Source of the DNA: Desulfamplus sp.
GTDB taxonomy: Bacteria; Desulfobacterota; Desulfobacteria; Desulfobacterales; Desulfobacteraceae
Assembly: GCA_015232455.1 (NCBI GenBank)
Contig: JADFZQ010000018.1
Location: 318-64,317, forward strand
Direction: 5' to 3'
Length of the DNA stretch: 64,000 nt
Shown: positions 1 to 9,959 of the stretch, piece after piece
How positions within the stretch are numbered: the stretch's first letter is position 1
Layout: each line of letters opens with the position of its first letter
Notes under the pieces: generated by a model
What the model saw: only the letters and a program-made list of their open reading frames with translations
What the model was told of the DNA's origin: nothing
Databases searched by the model: none
Program-made: the position numbers and the translations under genes

Positions 1-196
1 ATTAATAGACATATTTAAATTATGATATATGAAAATTTATTTATGACATAAAACAGTATATTTTTATATAAAATTTAAATCTCTTAAGTTTAAACGTTTT
101 AATGCGGATATATTTAGATTATTGCAAGCTCGGGATTTAATACTTCCAGCTTGGTCAAATAGTATTTACTACATCAGATTAGAAAGCTATAAGTTT

Positions 197-316
<120 letters not shown>

Positions 317-365
317 ATTTATATCTTATCTTCATATTTATAAACTTATAAATTTGTGAATTTGT

Positions 366-413
366 AAAAAAGCCTATACATTATGTTTAATTACATAATG
401 TATAGGCTTTTTT
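366..413. terminator. Rho-independent terminator, likely bidirectional
   Basis: Perfect 21-bp inverted repeat AAAAAAGCCTATACATTATGT / ACATAATGTATAGGCTTTTTT, 50 nt after the 5S gene. Confidence 0.85.
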
Positions 414-447
414 GGTTTATTTATTTTGAAATTAACTGGAGAAAGAA

Positions 448-1533
448 TTGAAAAAAAAGAATAAACAAATAGAAAAATATATCTACGCAGATATGCACAA
501 TCACACTACAGCTTCAGATGGAGAGCTATCTCCTGAAGAATTAGTGCGAAAAGCAAAGTCTATTGGAATAGCTGTTGTAGGAGTAACTGATCACGACACA
601 GACAAGGGACTTGAATCAGCAATAAAAGAAGGGGAGAAAATTGGAGTAAATGTATTACCAGGAGTAGAAATATCCGTTCGTTTCAAGGAGAGTTTTTTTA
701 CTGGAACATTACACGTTTTATTATATTTTAATCATAAGATAGCTGAAGAACCTATTTTTAGAGAGTCTCTACGAAAGACCTTAGAAAAAGGCAGAGGCGA
801 TAACTTAGTTCGGGCAAGAGTTGATGAGATTAATAAATTTTTTGCTCCTGAAAACATAATTTCTACTACTCAAGATACAAACAGGTTGAAAAATAATAAC
901 AATCTAACTACTACTATAAATAATAATAAGAAAGTTCCTATACTTAAAAGATCACTAACATTTGAAGAGGTTGCTTCATACAGCACTACAATAACCCGTC
1001 GCCATTTTGCCCTTGCATTGACTGAAAAGCATAACATTAAAAATCCTGAAGTTGTAAATAAAATTATAGGCAACGATAGTCCTGCATATCTACCTTCAGG
1101 TGTTGATCTCGAAAGTATAAAATCGTTTTTTTATAGCATGAATAAGTTGTTTGGAAAAAAAGGAGAAGATCGAGTTGGAGTTGATAATAGTAATAAAAAT
1201 AACTCCCCTATGCTAATGGTTCTTGCACACCCTGCTGCTGGATCATTTCCGGGTGATGGACACTACAAAGATGTTCTTCCCCCTATTGAGATTGTTGAAC
1301 AATTGCTTCCCCGTTTTATTGATGCTGGTATCAGGGGAATTGAGATTAATTATCCCGGACATATTGAAGCTCACAAGGTTATTTTGCATCAATGGGCAAA
1401 GCAATATAGCCTTGTAATAACTGGTGGATCAGATTGCCATGATCAATTAATACGTCCCCTTGGAGTTGAAGGTATTACACGAGAAGAGTTTGAAAAATTA
1501 AATATCACGGCTCACACCTCTCAATCTTTTTAA
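448..1533 (+). CDS. PHP-domain metal-dependent phosphoesterase (YciV/TrpH/RNase AM-like)
   Basis: Motifs DMHNHTTASDG, VTDHDT, GVEIS, LAHP and TGGSDCH. TTG start follows a GGAG RBS. Two Asn-rich insertions. Confidence 0.88.
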   Translation: MKKKNKQIEKYIYADMHNHTTASDGELSPEELVRKAKSIGIAVVGVTDHDTDKGLESAIKEGEKIGVNVLPGVEISVRFKESFFTGTLHVLLYFNHKIAEEPIFRESLRKTLEKGRGDNLVRARVDEINKFFAPENIISTTQDTNRLKNNNNLTTTINNNKKVPILKRSLTFEEVASYSTTITRRHFALALTEKHNIKNPEVVNKIIGNDSPAYLPSGVDLESIKSFFYSMNKLFGKKGEDRVGVDNSNKNNSPMLMVLAHPAAGSFPGDGHYKDVLPPIEIVEQLLPRFIDAGIRGIEINYPGHIEAHKVILHQWAKQYSLVITGGSDCHDQLIRPLGVEGITREEFEKLNITAHTSQSF

Positions 1534-3238
1534 TGATAATTTCTAACCTCTCCCGTCCCTGCCATGAATTAAGATTTAATGTATAAATAACATTTACAAC
1601 CTCTCCTGAATTGATTGGAAATGACTCTCCTGGTTTATCAAGAGCATTGAAAAAAGCAGCTCGAACTCCATCAAGCATCATTGATAGATGAACAGGATTT
1701 TTTCCAATAACCTTTACATCAGTTGCAACCATCTTGTCATGAAAAAGTGGAGCTGGAAAACCCATACCAAAAGGACGTAATGCTTCAATGTTGTAATATG
1801 TATCAAGATTTATTTGATTCTGTAAATGATCAACACTTTTTAAAGAGCCATCTGTATTAATATATGGTGTAGTATCTTTGTTTTTAAGCTGCTCAGCAAC
1901 AATATTGCTAAATTCTTCTTTAAATAACCAAATATTATCTTTGTGCAACTTAAATCCAGCAGCCGCCTTGTGTCCGCCATAGGCTATCAATATACCTGAA
2001 AATCTATCGTCAAATGTTTGAAGGGCGTCTCTTATATGTAAAAATTGGCCAGCTCTACCCGAACCAGTAACAACACCATTACCTATATCTGCAAGCATGA
2101 TCACGGGAATGCCAAAGTTTTCTGTTAGCTTTCCAGCAACAATGCCCTGAACACCAGGATGATTATTTTCACTATAATAGATTAAAATAGGCTCTGATAT
2201 GGCTGCATCAGTAGAATTCATAGATATTGATGCTTTTGCGGCATTGAACATCTCTTTTTCAATTTTTTGTCTTTGGGTGTTAAATATATCTAATTGACGA
2301 TAGGCTTGAGCAATATGATCATGGTTAGTATTTGTAAGAAAATCAATTGCAGTTATAGCCTCACAACTCATACGCGAACTTGCATTTATACGCGGAGCTA
2401 ACCTAAATGCTAAATATCCAGTGTCCGCAGCTTTACCGTTAAGAGCCACCTGCCAACATGGTCTAACCTTACGATTCATAAATTCAAGCCCTTTGTTAAC
2501 AAAATAGCGATTTACGACCGAGTTTAATGGAACAAGATCGGCAACTGTTCCAAGTGCAACATGATCAAGAAGTTGATGAATCTTACGTTTCTGTTCAATA
2601 TTGCAGTTCATTTCTCGTGAAATTGCTGTCATAAGTAACCAAACAACACCACAACCCGCGATATTGTCATCATATTGGCACTGCTCTCTTTTCGGGTTTA
2701 CAACTGCAAATGCAGCTTCTGGCACACCCTCTTTTGGAATTATATGATGATCAGTAACAATGACGTCAATACCAGCATCTGCAACTCTTTTTATCCTTTG
2801 ACCGTCAGAAGCTCCAGCATCAGCAGTAATTACGATAGTAGGCTTAAAGTTTATTATTTTATCAGCAATAGTATCTGTTAATCCATAACCATCAACAGTT
2901 CTATTTCCCGTAAGTCTTATAAGTTTTGAATTAGGAACACCAAATATATTATGCAAAGTTTCATACATTATTGCCATTGATGTACAGCCATCAACATCAT
3001 AATCAGTAAATAATAAGATAGTCTCATTTTTATAGACAGCGTTAACGATCCGTTTGGCAGCTTTTGTACAGTCCACCATAATATCTGCGGGTTTTATAGC
3101 ATCAAGCGTGAATTTAAATATGTTTTTATCAAAAGTATCTGTTCTGCCTGCAATTATTCTTGCAACAATTTCAGGATAACCATGCTCAATGCAGGTGTAA
3201 TAGACCTCTTTATTTATAGTTCTCTCTTTTATAAGCAT
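1505..3238 (-). CDS. recJ: Single-stranded-DNA-specific exonuclease RecJ
   Basis: DHH motifs DYDVDG and TDHH, LGTVAD, APRINA, GSGR, GGHKAAAG. Confidence 0.95.
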   Translation of the reverse strand: MLIKERTINKEVYYTCIEHGYPEIVARIIAGRTDTFDKNIFKFTLDAIKPADIMVDCTKAAKRIVNAVYKNETILLFTDYDVDGCTSMAIMYETLHNIFGVPNSKLIRLTGNRTVDGYGLTDTIADKIINFKPTIVITADAGASDGQRIKRVADAGIDVIVTDHHIIPKEGVPEAAFAVVNPKREQCQYDDNIAGCGVVWLLMTAISREMNCNIEQKRKIHQLLDHVALGTVADLVPLNSVVNRYFVNKGLEFMNRKVRPCWQVALNGKAADTGYLAFRLAPRINASSRMSCEAITAIDFLTNTNHDHIAQAYRQLDIFNTQRQKIEKEMFNAAKASISMNSTDAAISEPILIYYSENNHPGVQGIVAGKLTENFGIPVIMLADIGNGVVTGSGRAGQFLHIRDALQTFDDRFSGILIAYGGHKAAAGFKLHKDNIWLFKEEFSNIVAEQLKNKDTTPYINTDGSLKSVDHLQNQINLDTYYNIEALRPFGMGFPAPLFHDKMVATDVKVIGKNPVHLSMMLDGVRAAFFNALDKPGESFPINSGEVVNVIYTLNLNSWQGRERLEIIIKKIERCEP

Positions 3239-3326
3239 ATATTTTGGTATCTCTTTAAAATTTAATTTCAGTTTTAATATAGCAATCCTATTTCTTTCGT
3301 GTATCCTTGATCCGTTATTATTGAAA

Positions 3327-3354
3327 GTAGAGAGGCACTGTCAAGCGTCTCTAC
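3327..3354. repeat. 28-nt GTAG...CTAC REP-like palindrome (subtype GTAGAGA)
   Basis: GTAGAGAGGCACTGTCAAGCGTCTCTAC; intergenic; related copies at 6335, 24941 and 26853. Confidence 0.8.
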
Positions 3355-3451
3355 TAGTAAATATTGGTTATTTATATTTCCACGAGTCATTTAGGACAGC
3401 TATATATTGTGAATAATTGACATATTTTTATATTTAATGGTAGTCTAATTC

Positions 3452-3892
3452 ATGGAATTTTTAGCAGAATATGGATATGCGGGGCTTTTTGTCTGTGCTT
3501 TTTTGGCAGCAACTATTTTACCTTTGGGTTCAGAGATCGTATTTACGGCACTTTTAATCAATCAATATAACATCTTTTTATTGCTTGGTGTTGCCACATT
3601 GGGTAATGTCCTTGGTTCATTGGTGAATTATGTTGTGGGCATTAGGGGGGGCAACTGGATTATGACAAAATTATTCAGGCTCTCTAATATTGAGATTGAG
3701 TTTGCAGAAAACCGATTTAAAAAATATGGCAATAGAGTGCTTCTTTTATCATGGATGCCTGTAATAGGTGATCCTTTGACTGTAGTTGCAGGAATTTTAA
3801 AAGTAAATTTTTGGCTCTTCATTATTTTTGTATCTATTGGTAAATTCCTGCGTTATTTATTAGTTGCAGTAACTGTTTTAGGGATGTGGTAA
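3452..3892 (+). CDS. YqaA/DedA (VTT) family membrane protein
   Basis: AFLAATILPLGSE, ATLGNVLGSLVNY and LLSWMPVIGDPLTVVAG are typical of YqaA. Confidence 0.88.
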   Translation: MEFLAEYGYAGLFVCAFLAATILPLGSEIVFTALLINQYNIFLLLGVATLGNVLGSLVNYVVGIRGGNWIMTKLFRLSNIEIEFAENRFKKYGNRVLLLSWMPVIGDPLTVVAGILKVNFWLFIIFVSIGKFLRYLLVAVTVLGMW

Positions 3893-3896
3893 AAAA

Positions 3897-5606
3897 TCAA
3901 ACTTTAAATTTACTTACCATCTCGTTTATATCTTTAGCAAGTTTTGCAAGCTCCTTTGCACTTATATTAATCTGAGAGCTGCCATTTGTCATATCTTGGG
4001 CTGCACGGCTCACATCGGAAATATCTCTTGAAATATCTGCTGCAACTGAAGAGGTCTGATTCACATTTTCATTTACCTCCTGTATGCCAGCAGATGCTTG
4101 TGTCAAATTTCCACTTATCTCCTGAGTTGTTACTGTCTGTTCTTCCACTGAACTTGCAATTGTAGTTACAATCTCGTTTACGTTGTTAATAACCTTAACG
4201 ATTTTGATAATTTCAGAAACAGCATCGCTGGTATTAGATTGAATCCCATTAATCTTTTCATTTATCTCATGGGTTGCATTGGCAGTCTGTTTTGCCAACT
4301 CTTTTATTTCAGATGCAACTACGGCAAACCCCTTTCCAGCCTCACCCGCTCGTGCCGCCTCAATTGTAGCATTAAGTGCAAGAAGATTTGTCTGTTCAGA
4401 AATTTCAGCAATAGTCTCTGTAACTTTGCCAACTTCAGTTGCAGCTTTGCCAAGTAGATCAACTTTTTTTGAAATTGCCTCTGCCTGATTAACGGCTTGA
4501 CCAGTGATAGTGCTTGCTGTCCCTGTATTAGATGCTATTTCACGGATTGTCGATGACATCTCTTCCACTGATGCTACAATCATTTGAACATTGCCTGCTG
4601 TCTGCTCTGATGCTGCTGCAACTGTCGTCATTGTGGCACTCATCTCTTCTGAAGCTGCTGCAACAGAAACTGAACGACTTGAGCTCTCTTTAGAACTGCT
4701 ATTCATCTGCTCTGAGACAGCAGTTAGGTCAGATGACGATGTGTTAAGAAGCTCAACTCCACGGCTAATATCTTTGAACATGGTTCTCAAACTTTCAGAC
4801 ATACTATTCAAAGATTTGATAAGCATACCAACTTCATCTTGCTTATCAATATCAATCTTTTGAGTCATATCTCCTTTAGCCATCTTTTCTGCAAATCTTG
4901 TTGCCATAACTATTGGCTTTACGATCACGCTTGTAATCGCAATTCCAAGTCCTATAGAAAATATCATGGCAATTACTGTTGCCACAATTAAATTAGTAAC
5001 CTCACTTTTAATAAAATCCATTGCAGAACTTTCTGCCTGTTTAATAGAATCTCTTGCCTTATCCTCAATCTCACCAATCATTTCAACTAATTGATGACCA
5101 ATTTTATCAATATCAGTTTCAAGTTCATCAAGCACGTTCTCTGAAACAGCTTCTTGAGCTATTTTCTTTTTAACAATTTCATTAACTTTATTAATTCCTG
5201 TAATAAATTTCTCTTTATGGATTTTAGCAGCCTTATCAACTATCTCTCTAATTGACTCATCATTAGATTTAAAAATAGTCACATCCTCTGTCTTTGCACC
5301 ATTTAGTATAGCATCTGCAAAAATTTCAAAATCTTTTGCAGCATCTTCATGTCCTTCCCACTCAGCTCTAAGTTGTTCTTCTGAAGTTGCTTCAAGAATT
5401 TCCATAAGCATATGCATATCATTTACAACAGCTATCTTCATCTCCATTGCTGCATCAATCAAGGGAGATGTCATATTAATGGTGTGAATTCTTTTAGCTG
5501 TATTTTTTAAACCATAGATACCTATTGCAGACACAATTAAAGTTATAAATGAGATCAAAAGAAAGCCAGCCATCTGTTTTTTTGAAAGAGTCATATTGTT
5601 AAACAT
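3897..5606 (-). CDS. Methyl-accepting chemotaxis protein
   Basis: Two TM helices, a HAMP domain, and the signalling hairpin [33 protein letters not shown]. Confidence 0.96.
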   Translation of the reverse strand: MFNNMTLSKKQMAGFLLISFITLIVSAIGIYGLKNTAKRIHTINMTSPLIDAAMEMKIAVVNDMHMLMEILEATSEEQLRAEWEGHEDAAKDFEIFADAILNGAKTEDVTIFKSNDESIREIVDKAAKIHKEKFITGINKVNEIVKKKIAQEAVSENVLDELETDIDKIGHQLVEMIGEIEDKARDSIKQAESSAMDFIKSEVTNLIVATVIAMIFSIGLGIAITSVIVKPIVMATRFAEKMAKGDMTQKIDIDKQDEVGMLIKSLNSMSESLRTMFKDISRGVELLNTSSSDLTAVSEQMNSSSKESSSRSVSVAAASEEMSATMTTVAAASEQTAGNVQMIVASVEEMSSTIREIASNTGTASTITGQAVNQAEAISKKVDLLGKAATEVGKVTETIAEISEQTNLLALNATIEAARAGEAGKGFAVVASEIKELAKQTANATHEINEKINGIQSNTSDAVSEIIKIVKVINNVNEIVTTIASSVEEQTVTTQEISGNLTQASAGIQEVNENVNQTSSVAADISRDISDVSRAAQDMTNGSSQINISAKELAKLAKDINEMVSKFKV

Positions 5607-5806
5607 TTTTTTTAGTCCTTAATCTTTAAAGATTGTAAATAATATTTTTAATTTCTTATCCATTTAATTATATTGTTATAATATGTCAAGAAGCATTTCT
5701 TAATATTTAATGTGAATTTAATTTAAAAATAGTTGAATTTTTCCTTGAAAAAACTCAATTGGCATATAGAATTAAAAAAATAAACCTTTAGCATGGAAGT
5801 TTCGCA

Positions 5807-6274
5807 ATGATACAAATAAAGAATAAAATTATTATTATAACTACAGTGCTTTTATCAGCCATTATTTTTCTTAGCACTACAGTTATTCAATGTGAAGAAC
5901 ATTTTACTACTGCTGCGTCATCTTCTTCTAATGTTCAGACTAAAAGCACTGTATTGGTTCTAACAAAAGCTGTTATGTGTGAATATATCAAAGATTTTGG
6001 ACCAGCAGAACCAGCAGTTGTATTTTCTATATCACTTGGCAAAATTTTCTGTTTTACTGCATTTGAAAATATCTCCCAAAATGCCTTTGTATACCATAAA
6101 TGGTATCACAGAGATCGTTTTGTGGCGACAAATCGATTTCTTGTTAAATCTCCCCAATGGTCAACATTTAGCACCATGCAGTTGAGAATGGCTGATAAAG
6201 GACCTTGGCGTGTTGAAATAACTGACGAAAATGATAACTTACTTGAGACGTTAAGATTTAGCGTAGTTGATTGA
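5807..6274 (+). CDS. Secreted DUF2914-like protein
   Basis: N-terminal signal-like hydrophobic stretch. C-terminal Ig-like pattern HKWYH...WSTFS...KGPWRVEI. Confidence 0.7.
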   Translation: MIQIKNKIIIITTVLLSAIIFLSTTVIQCEEHFTTAASSSSNVQTKSTVLVLTKAVMCEYIKDFGPAEPAVVFSISLGKIFCFTAFENISQNAFVYHKWYHRDRFVATNRFLVKSPQWSTFSTMQLRMADKGPWRVEITDENDNLLETLRFSVVD

Positions 6275-6334
6275 ATTTTTGTATCTATCAAAATTTATAC
6301 TGTTAAAGTTCATAAATTGAGTTCTACCTAAAAT

Positions 6335-6362
6335 GTAGAGACGCACTGCCGCGGGTCTCTAC
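6335..6362. repeat. 28-nt GTAG...CTAC REP-like palindrome
   Basis: GTAGAGACGCACTGCCGCGGGTCTCTAC. Flanks (CTACCTAAA-T before, TTA after) match the 26853 copy. Confidence 0.8.
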
Positions 6363-6446
6363 TTAAATGAAAAGCTCAATTCATGCCCACTTAGAGTATA
6401 CATATTTAAAACTTCTGAAAATAAACATATTTGGATTAATTTTCTC

Positions 6447-7898
6447 ATGGCTAACCTACTTGATTTTTTAAGCTCTCTAAGATGGCAGGATTTGGTTGAT
6501 ATTTTGATAAACAGCTACATTCTCTTCAGACTCTATGTTCTTTTCAGAGGTTCAAGACTTATACGTATTGTTCCTGTTGTATCACTTCTATGGGTACTTA
6601 ATATAATGGCACTATATATGGGACTTGTTGTTACAACATGGGCGATTCAAGGAATTATAACTGCTGCCGCCATTATTTTGATTATTGTTTTTAGAGATGA
6701 GATAGCTTCTGTTTTTCAGACCAAAAACTTGACATCGTTTGTCTGGGGGTTTCCAAACACAAAAATTTCAACACCCATTGAGATAATTATATTAAGTGCC
6801 TTTGAACTTGGCAAAAGAAAAGTGGGTGCTCTCCTTGTTATTCCGGGAAAACAGAGCATTGATGAGATTGTTCAGGGTGGTATTCCTTGGGACGGAGTTA
6901 TCTCAGAACAGATGATCTTTTCTATATTTTGGGACAAGAATCCTGTCCATGATGGTGCTGCTTTAATCTATGGAGATCGTATTACTGATGTCTCTGTACT
7001 TTTGCCTTTGTCAAAACGAACGGACCTTCCATCTCGGTATGGGACACGTCATAGGGCTGCTATTGGTCTTTGTGAATCATGCGATTCACTTGTTATTGTT
7101 ATATCAGAAGAGAGAGGTCACGTTACTGCTGTAAAAGGTTCAGAAATAAGGCATGTAAAAAAAGCTGAAGAGCTTCAAGAAATTTTGATAAGACATACGG
7201 GACAGACAAAAAAAGATAAAGGGATACCAAAATGGAGAGAGGTCTCTGAATTCGCGGTTGCAGCATTTGCATGTTTCATACTTATTACAGGTTTATGGTT
7301 TGGGCTTTCTCGTGGAAAAGAGACATTAAAGACAATAAATGTACCAGTAGAATATACAGATATTAAACCGGGTTTTGATATTATTGAAGCATCAACAAAT
7401 ACTGTTGACTTGCATTTAAGCGGTTCAATGCCTTTATTAAAATCACTAAAACCTGAGAATGTGAAAGTTTTATTAAAACTTGGAAGTGCTTATGCTGGAC
7501 ATAACTCTGTTAATATATCTCTTGATAACATAATTCTTCCTCCCGGGGTTAATTTAAAAAAGGTTGAGCCAAAAACAGTAGAGATTGTCATGGCAGGTAA
7601 AATTGAACGCAATATACCAATTCAAGTTGATTGGTCAGGCAAACTTGCAGATAACCTGATTCTTGAATCTGTAAACATTACGCCTGCAACTATAACAGTA
7701 ACTGGAGTAAGCCCAGGTATTGAAACTGTTGCAACAATTTACACTGAAAAAGTATCTCTTGATAATATAAAAGCTGATGGCACGACTCAGGCTGGGATTG
7801 TTCTTTTTCCATCATCTCTTAAAACAGATGGAACTGTTAAGAGTGTATCTATAGCTTATAGGGTTAGGGAGAGAAAGATCGGAGATATATTTGAATAG
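6447..7898 (+). CDS. cdaA: Diadenylate cyclase CdaA/DacA fused to YbbR (CdaR-like) domains
   Basis: N-terminal TM helices, DAC catalytic motifs HDGA and TRHRAA, an extra TM (AAFACFILITGLWFGLS), then YbbR-like beta-rich repeats. Confidence 0.88.
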   Translation: MANLLDFLSSLRWQDLVDILINSYILFRLYVLFRGSRLIRIVPVVSLLWVLNIMALYMGLVVTTWAIQGIITAAAIILIIVFRDEIASVFQTKNLTSFVWGFPNTKISTPIEIIILSAFELGKRKVGALLVIPGKQSIDEIVQGGIPWDGVISEQMIFSIFWDKNPVHDGAALIYGDRITDVSVLLPLSKRTDLPSRYGTRHRAAIGLCESCDSLVIVISEERGHVTAVKGSEIRHVKKAEELQEILIRHTGQTKKDKGIPKWREVSEFAVAAFACFILITGLWFGLSRGKETLKTINVPVEYTDIKPGFDIIEASTNTVDLHLSGSMPLLKSLKPENVKVLLKLGSAYAGHNSVNISLDNIILPPGVNLKKVEPKTVEIVMAGKIERNIPIQVDWSGKLADNLILESVNITPATITVTGVSPGIETVATIYTEKVSLDNIKADGTTQAGIVLFPSSLKTDGTVKSVSIAYRVRERKIGDIFE

Positions 7899-7906
7899 TT
7901 CATAGT

Positions 7907-7954
7907 AGTTCAAAAATTTGAACTGGTTAATGCGATAGTTCAAATTTTTGAACT
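7907..7954. repeat. Pair of 18-bp near-palindromes AGTTCAAA-N2-TTTGAACT in inverted orientation
   Basis: AGTTCAAAAATTTGAACT (7907-7924) and AGTTCAAATTTTTGAACT (7937-7954). A third degenerate copy lies at 8049-8065. Confidence 0.75.
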
Positions 7955-8277
7955 ATGAATATTCTGGATAACAAAATAAAAAAAACAATATATTCTAATA
8001 GTTAGAACACAATGATTGCATAGCATGACTTATCATAGATTTAATTGCGTTCAAATTTTTGAATTTTAACAGCTTTGAACATCAAATATGATGATAGTAA
8101 TTTGACATAACCGCCATCAATCCAACGAAATTGCTGATAGTTGGCATAATAGTTTTTTTATTTAATATAGATAATTGGCGTAATAAGTAGGGTAATGAAT
8201 TGAAATATTTGAATATTCAGACATAATCAAAATAAGTTTGAATATTTTTTAAAATTAATTAATAAATATAAATAGGT

Positions 8278-8294
8278 TTGGCAAACTATTTGCA
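8278..8294 (+). promoter_or_regulatory. Candidate sigma-54 (-24/-12) promoter
   Basis: TTGGCAAACTATTTGCA with exact GG-N10-GC spacing (GG 8280-8281, GC 8292-8293). Confidence 0.6.
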
Positions 8295-8304
8295 TTAATA
8301 AAAA

Positions 8305-8396
8305 TCAAACACAAACAATGACATTCAGTTAATTTTCATCTTTTTCCTCCTTTTAAAAAAGCCTACATCAGAAATTGTTCTGATGCGGGCTTTTTT
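8305..8396 (+). ncRNA. Candidate sigma-54-dependent small RNA
   Basis: About 90 nt between a -24/-12 promoter and an intrinsic terminator, within a 640-bp gap between convergent genes. No + strand ORF. Confidence 0.45.
8355..8396. terminator. Rho-independent terminator (bidirectional geometry)
   Basis: A6-GCCTACATCAGAA...TTCTGATGCGGGC-T6. Confidence 0.8.
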
Positions 8397-8470
8397 AAAT
8401 TTTACCGCCGCAAATCGCTTCACTATCTTTTAAAAAAATCATGGAATCAATTGAAGTTTTACAAATGGCA

Positions 8471-8535
8471 TCCCGTAAAACCCATTTCCTATTCAGTAAA
8501 TTAAAGATGGCAATTTAAGTTTTGCAGGAAATCTA
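8471..8535. repeat. About 62-65 bp dispersed repeat with terminal inverted repeat TCCTGCAAA, copy 1
   Basis: Shares AAACCCATTTYCTATYCAGTAAA and TTTGCAGGAAATCTA with 35450-35511. Confidence 0.7.
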
Positions 8536-8542
8536 AAGAACT

Positions 8543-9226
8543 TTAATTTCTTGCTACAATATCATCTACCAGAACCTTATACATAGAATTTTCATACCCA
8601 GAAGAGAACTTCTTAAGAAAATCAAGACCTTTCTTGTTATCTCCATTTGTAATTGCACCTATACCAAGATTAAACAATGCGTCATCTTTCATTAAACTAT
8701 TATTGCCATCAACTATAGTTTTAAAGTGTTTCTCAGCTTCATCGTATTTCTTTAATGCCTGACATGTGTGTGCTAATGAGGCTAAAATAATATTTTGCAT
8801 TACAGAGTCGCTTTTAAAATCATCTAACGCAGATGTATAAAGTTTATATGCCATATCATATTGACCAGCAGAGTAACATATTTCAGCAAATCTTAAGTTG
8901 CCAATTCTTCCAGATGATGTATTTGGATATTCATTAAGAAGCGTCTCAAATTGCCCTTTAACAGCAGAATATCCCTCTATTGGCTCTTTATTGTTACTAT
9001 AGTTTTTAAGTGCCTCGGTAAGCATTATAGATGCCTTACTCTCCGCAGAGTTTATTGTATAAATGGTTATTGAGATAATGCAAATAATAGAGAGTATTAT
9101 TATTCCCCCTATGAAAAGCTGTTTTTTAATTTTTTTTGCGGTATCTAAAGTTTTATACATTGACTCAAGAAATGGGTCTGGTTGCTCTAACTCCTTTTTG
9201 CGTGCATTTGATATTCTATCTGCCAT
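8543..9226 (-). CDS. Membrane-anchored TPR protein (YfgM/TPR_21-like)
   Basis: One N-terminal TM followed by helical TPR-like repeats. Confidence 0.75.
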   Translation of the reverse strand: MADRISNARKKELEQPDPFLESMYKTLDTAKKIKKQLFIGGIIILSIICIISITIYTINSAESKASIMLTEALKNYSNNKEPIEGYSAVKGQFETLLNEYPNTSSGRIGNLRFAEICYSAGQYDMAYKLYTSALDDFKSDSVMQNIILASLAHTCQALKKYDEAEKHFKTIVDGNNSLMKDDALFNLGIGAITNGDNKKGLDFLKKFSSGYENSMYKVLVDDIVARN

Positions 9227-9301
9227 AATCTCCTCTTAATAGTTCAGTATTGTTCTCTTATAATCTTATTGATATTTTTAGACTCAAACATAAAGTTATA
9301 A

Positions 9302-9802
9302 TCACCACAGTAGAGACTTAAAAATCCATCCTGTTTCTCCGTCTGCATGTTGAACTTTAACCCATTCCCCTTTGTTTTCAAGTACCTTAAATGGAACTCC
9401 ACGCTCTACAGTAAATGCAAGAGGCTGATCTTGACCAGGTCCTTTTCTGACGTTGCATTTATCCTTTAAAGTTATGACTGATGGGGTCTTATCGACAAGT
9501 GTACCGAGTATCCAGCCAGTGTCATTTTCAAAATCTTTAAACTTGATCCAACCATCTTTTTTCTCCAATACAATAATAGGATAATACATTTCCGTTTTCC
9601 ACAAAACTTCGCCATCAATCTTTGGAGATGAACGCACATTTGCAAGTTTTGCCTTTACAGATAATCTCTCTTCACAAAGAGCCATATCTGGGGAAATTGT
9701 TATAAAAATAAATGAAAGCAGAATCATCTGCATAATAAGCAACCTATATTTTATAGCAAATCTATAAGTTAGCTTTAACCTCTTTACATTTACACACAAC
9801 AT
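9302..9802 (-). CDS. Secreted tandem bacterial SH3-domain protein
   Basis: Two repeats of NVRxxP...GWxKV...GWI and a signal peptide. Start codon uncertain. Confidence 0.85.
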   Translation of the reverse strand: MLCVNVKRLKLTYRFAIKYRLLIMQMILLSFIFITISPDMALCEERLSVKAKLANVRSSPKIDGEVLWKTEMYYPIIVLEKKDGWIKFKDFENDTGWILGTLVDKTPSVITLKDKCNVRKGPGQDQPLAFTVERGVPFKVLENKGEWVKVQHADGETGWIFKSLLW

Positions 9803-9959
9803 GTTTTCTAATTTAACCTCCTAATATGTTTTACTTAAAATTTTTTATAATTTTATTTCATTATTTTGATTACCCTATTATTACAGGTACATTAATATGT
9901 CAACAAAAGCGAAAGCAAGGGCGTAATTCTAATACATATTATAAAAGGAGAGTTCTATT

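Noticed and set aside
8295-8339. Minus-strand mini-ORF GGAGG...ATG AAA ATT AAC TGA ATG...TAA read as a selenopeptide or leader peptide
   Set aside because: No SECIS-like hairpin follows the TGA, there is no downstream gene to regulate, and read-through gives only 14 aa. Kept only as the alternative explanation for the sRNA candidate.
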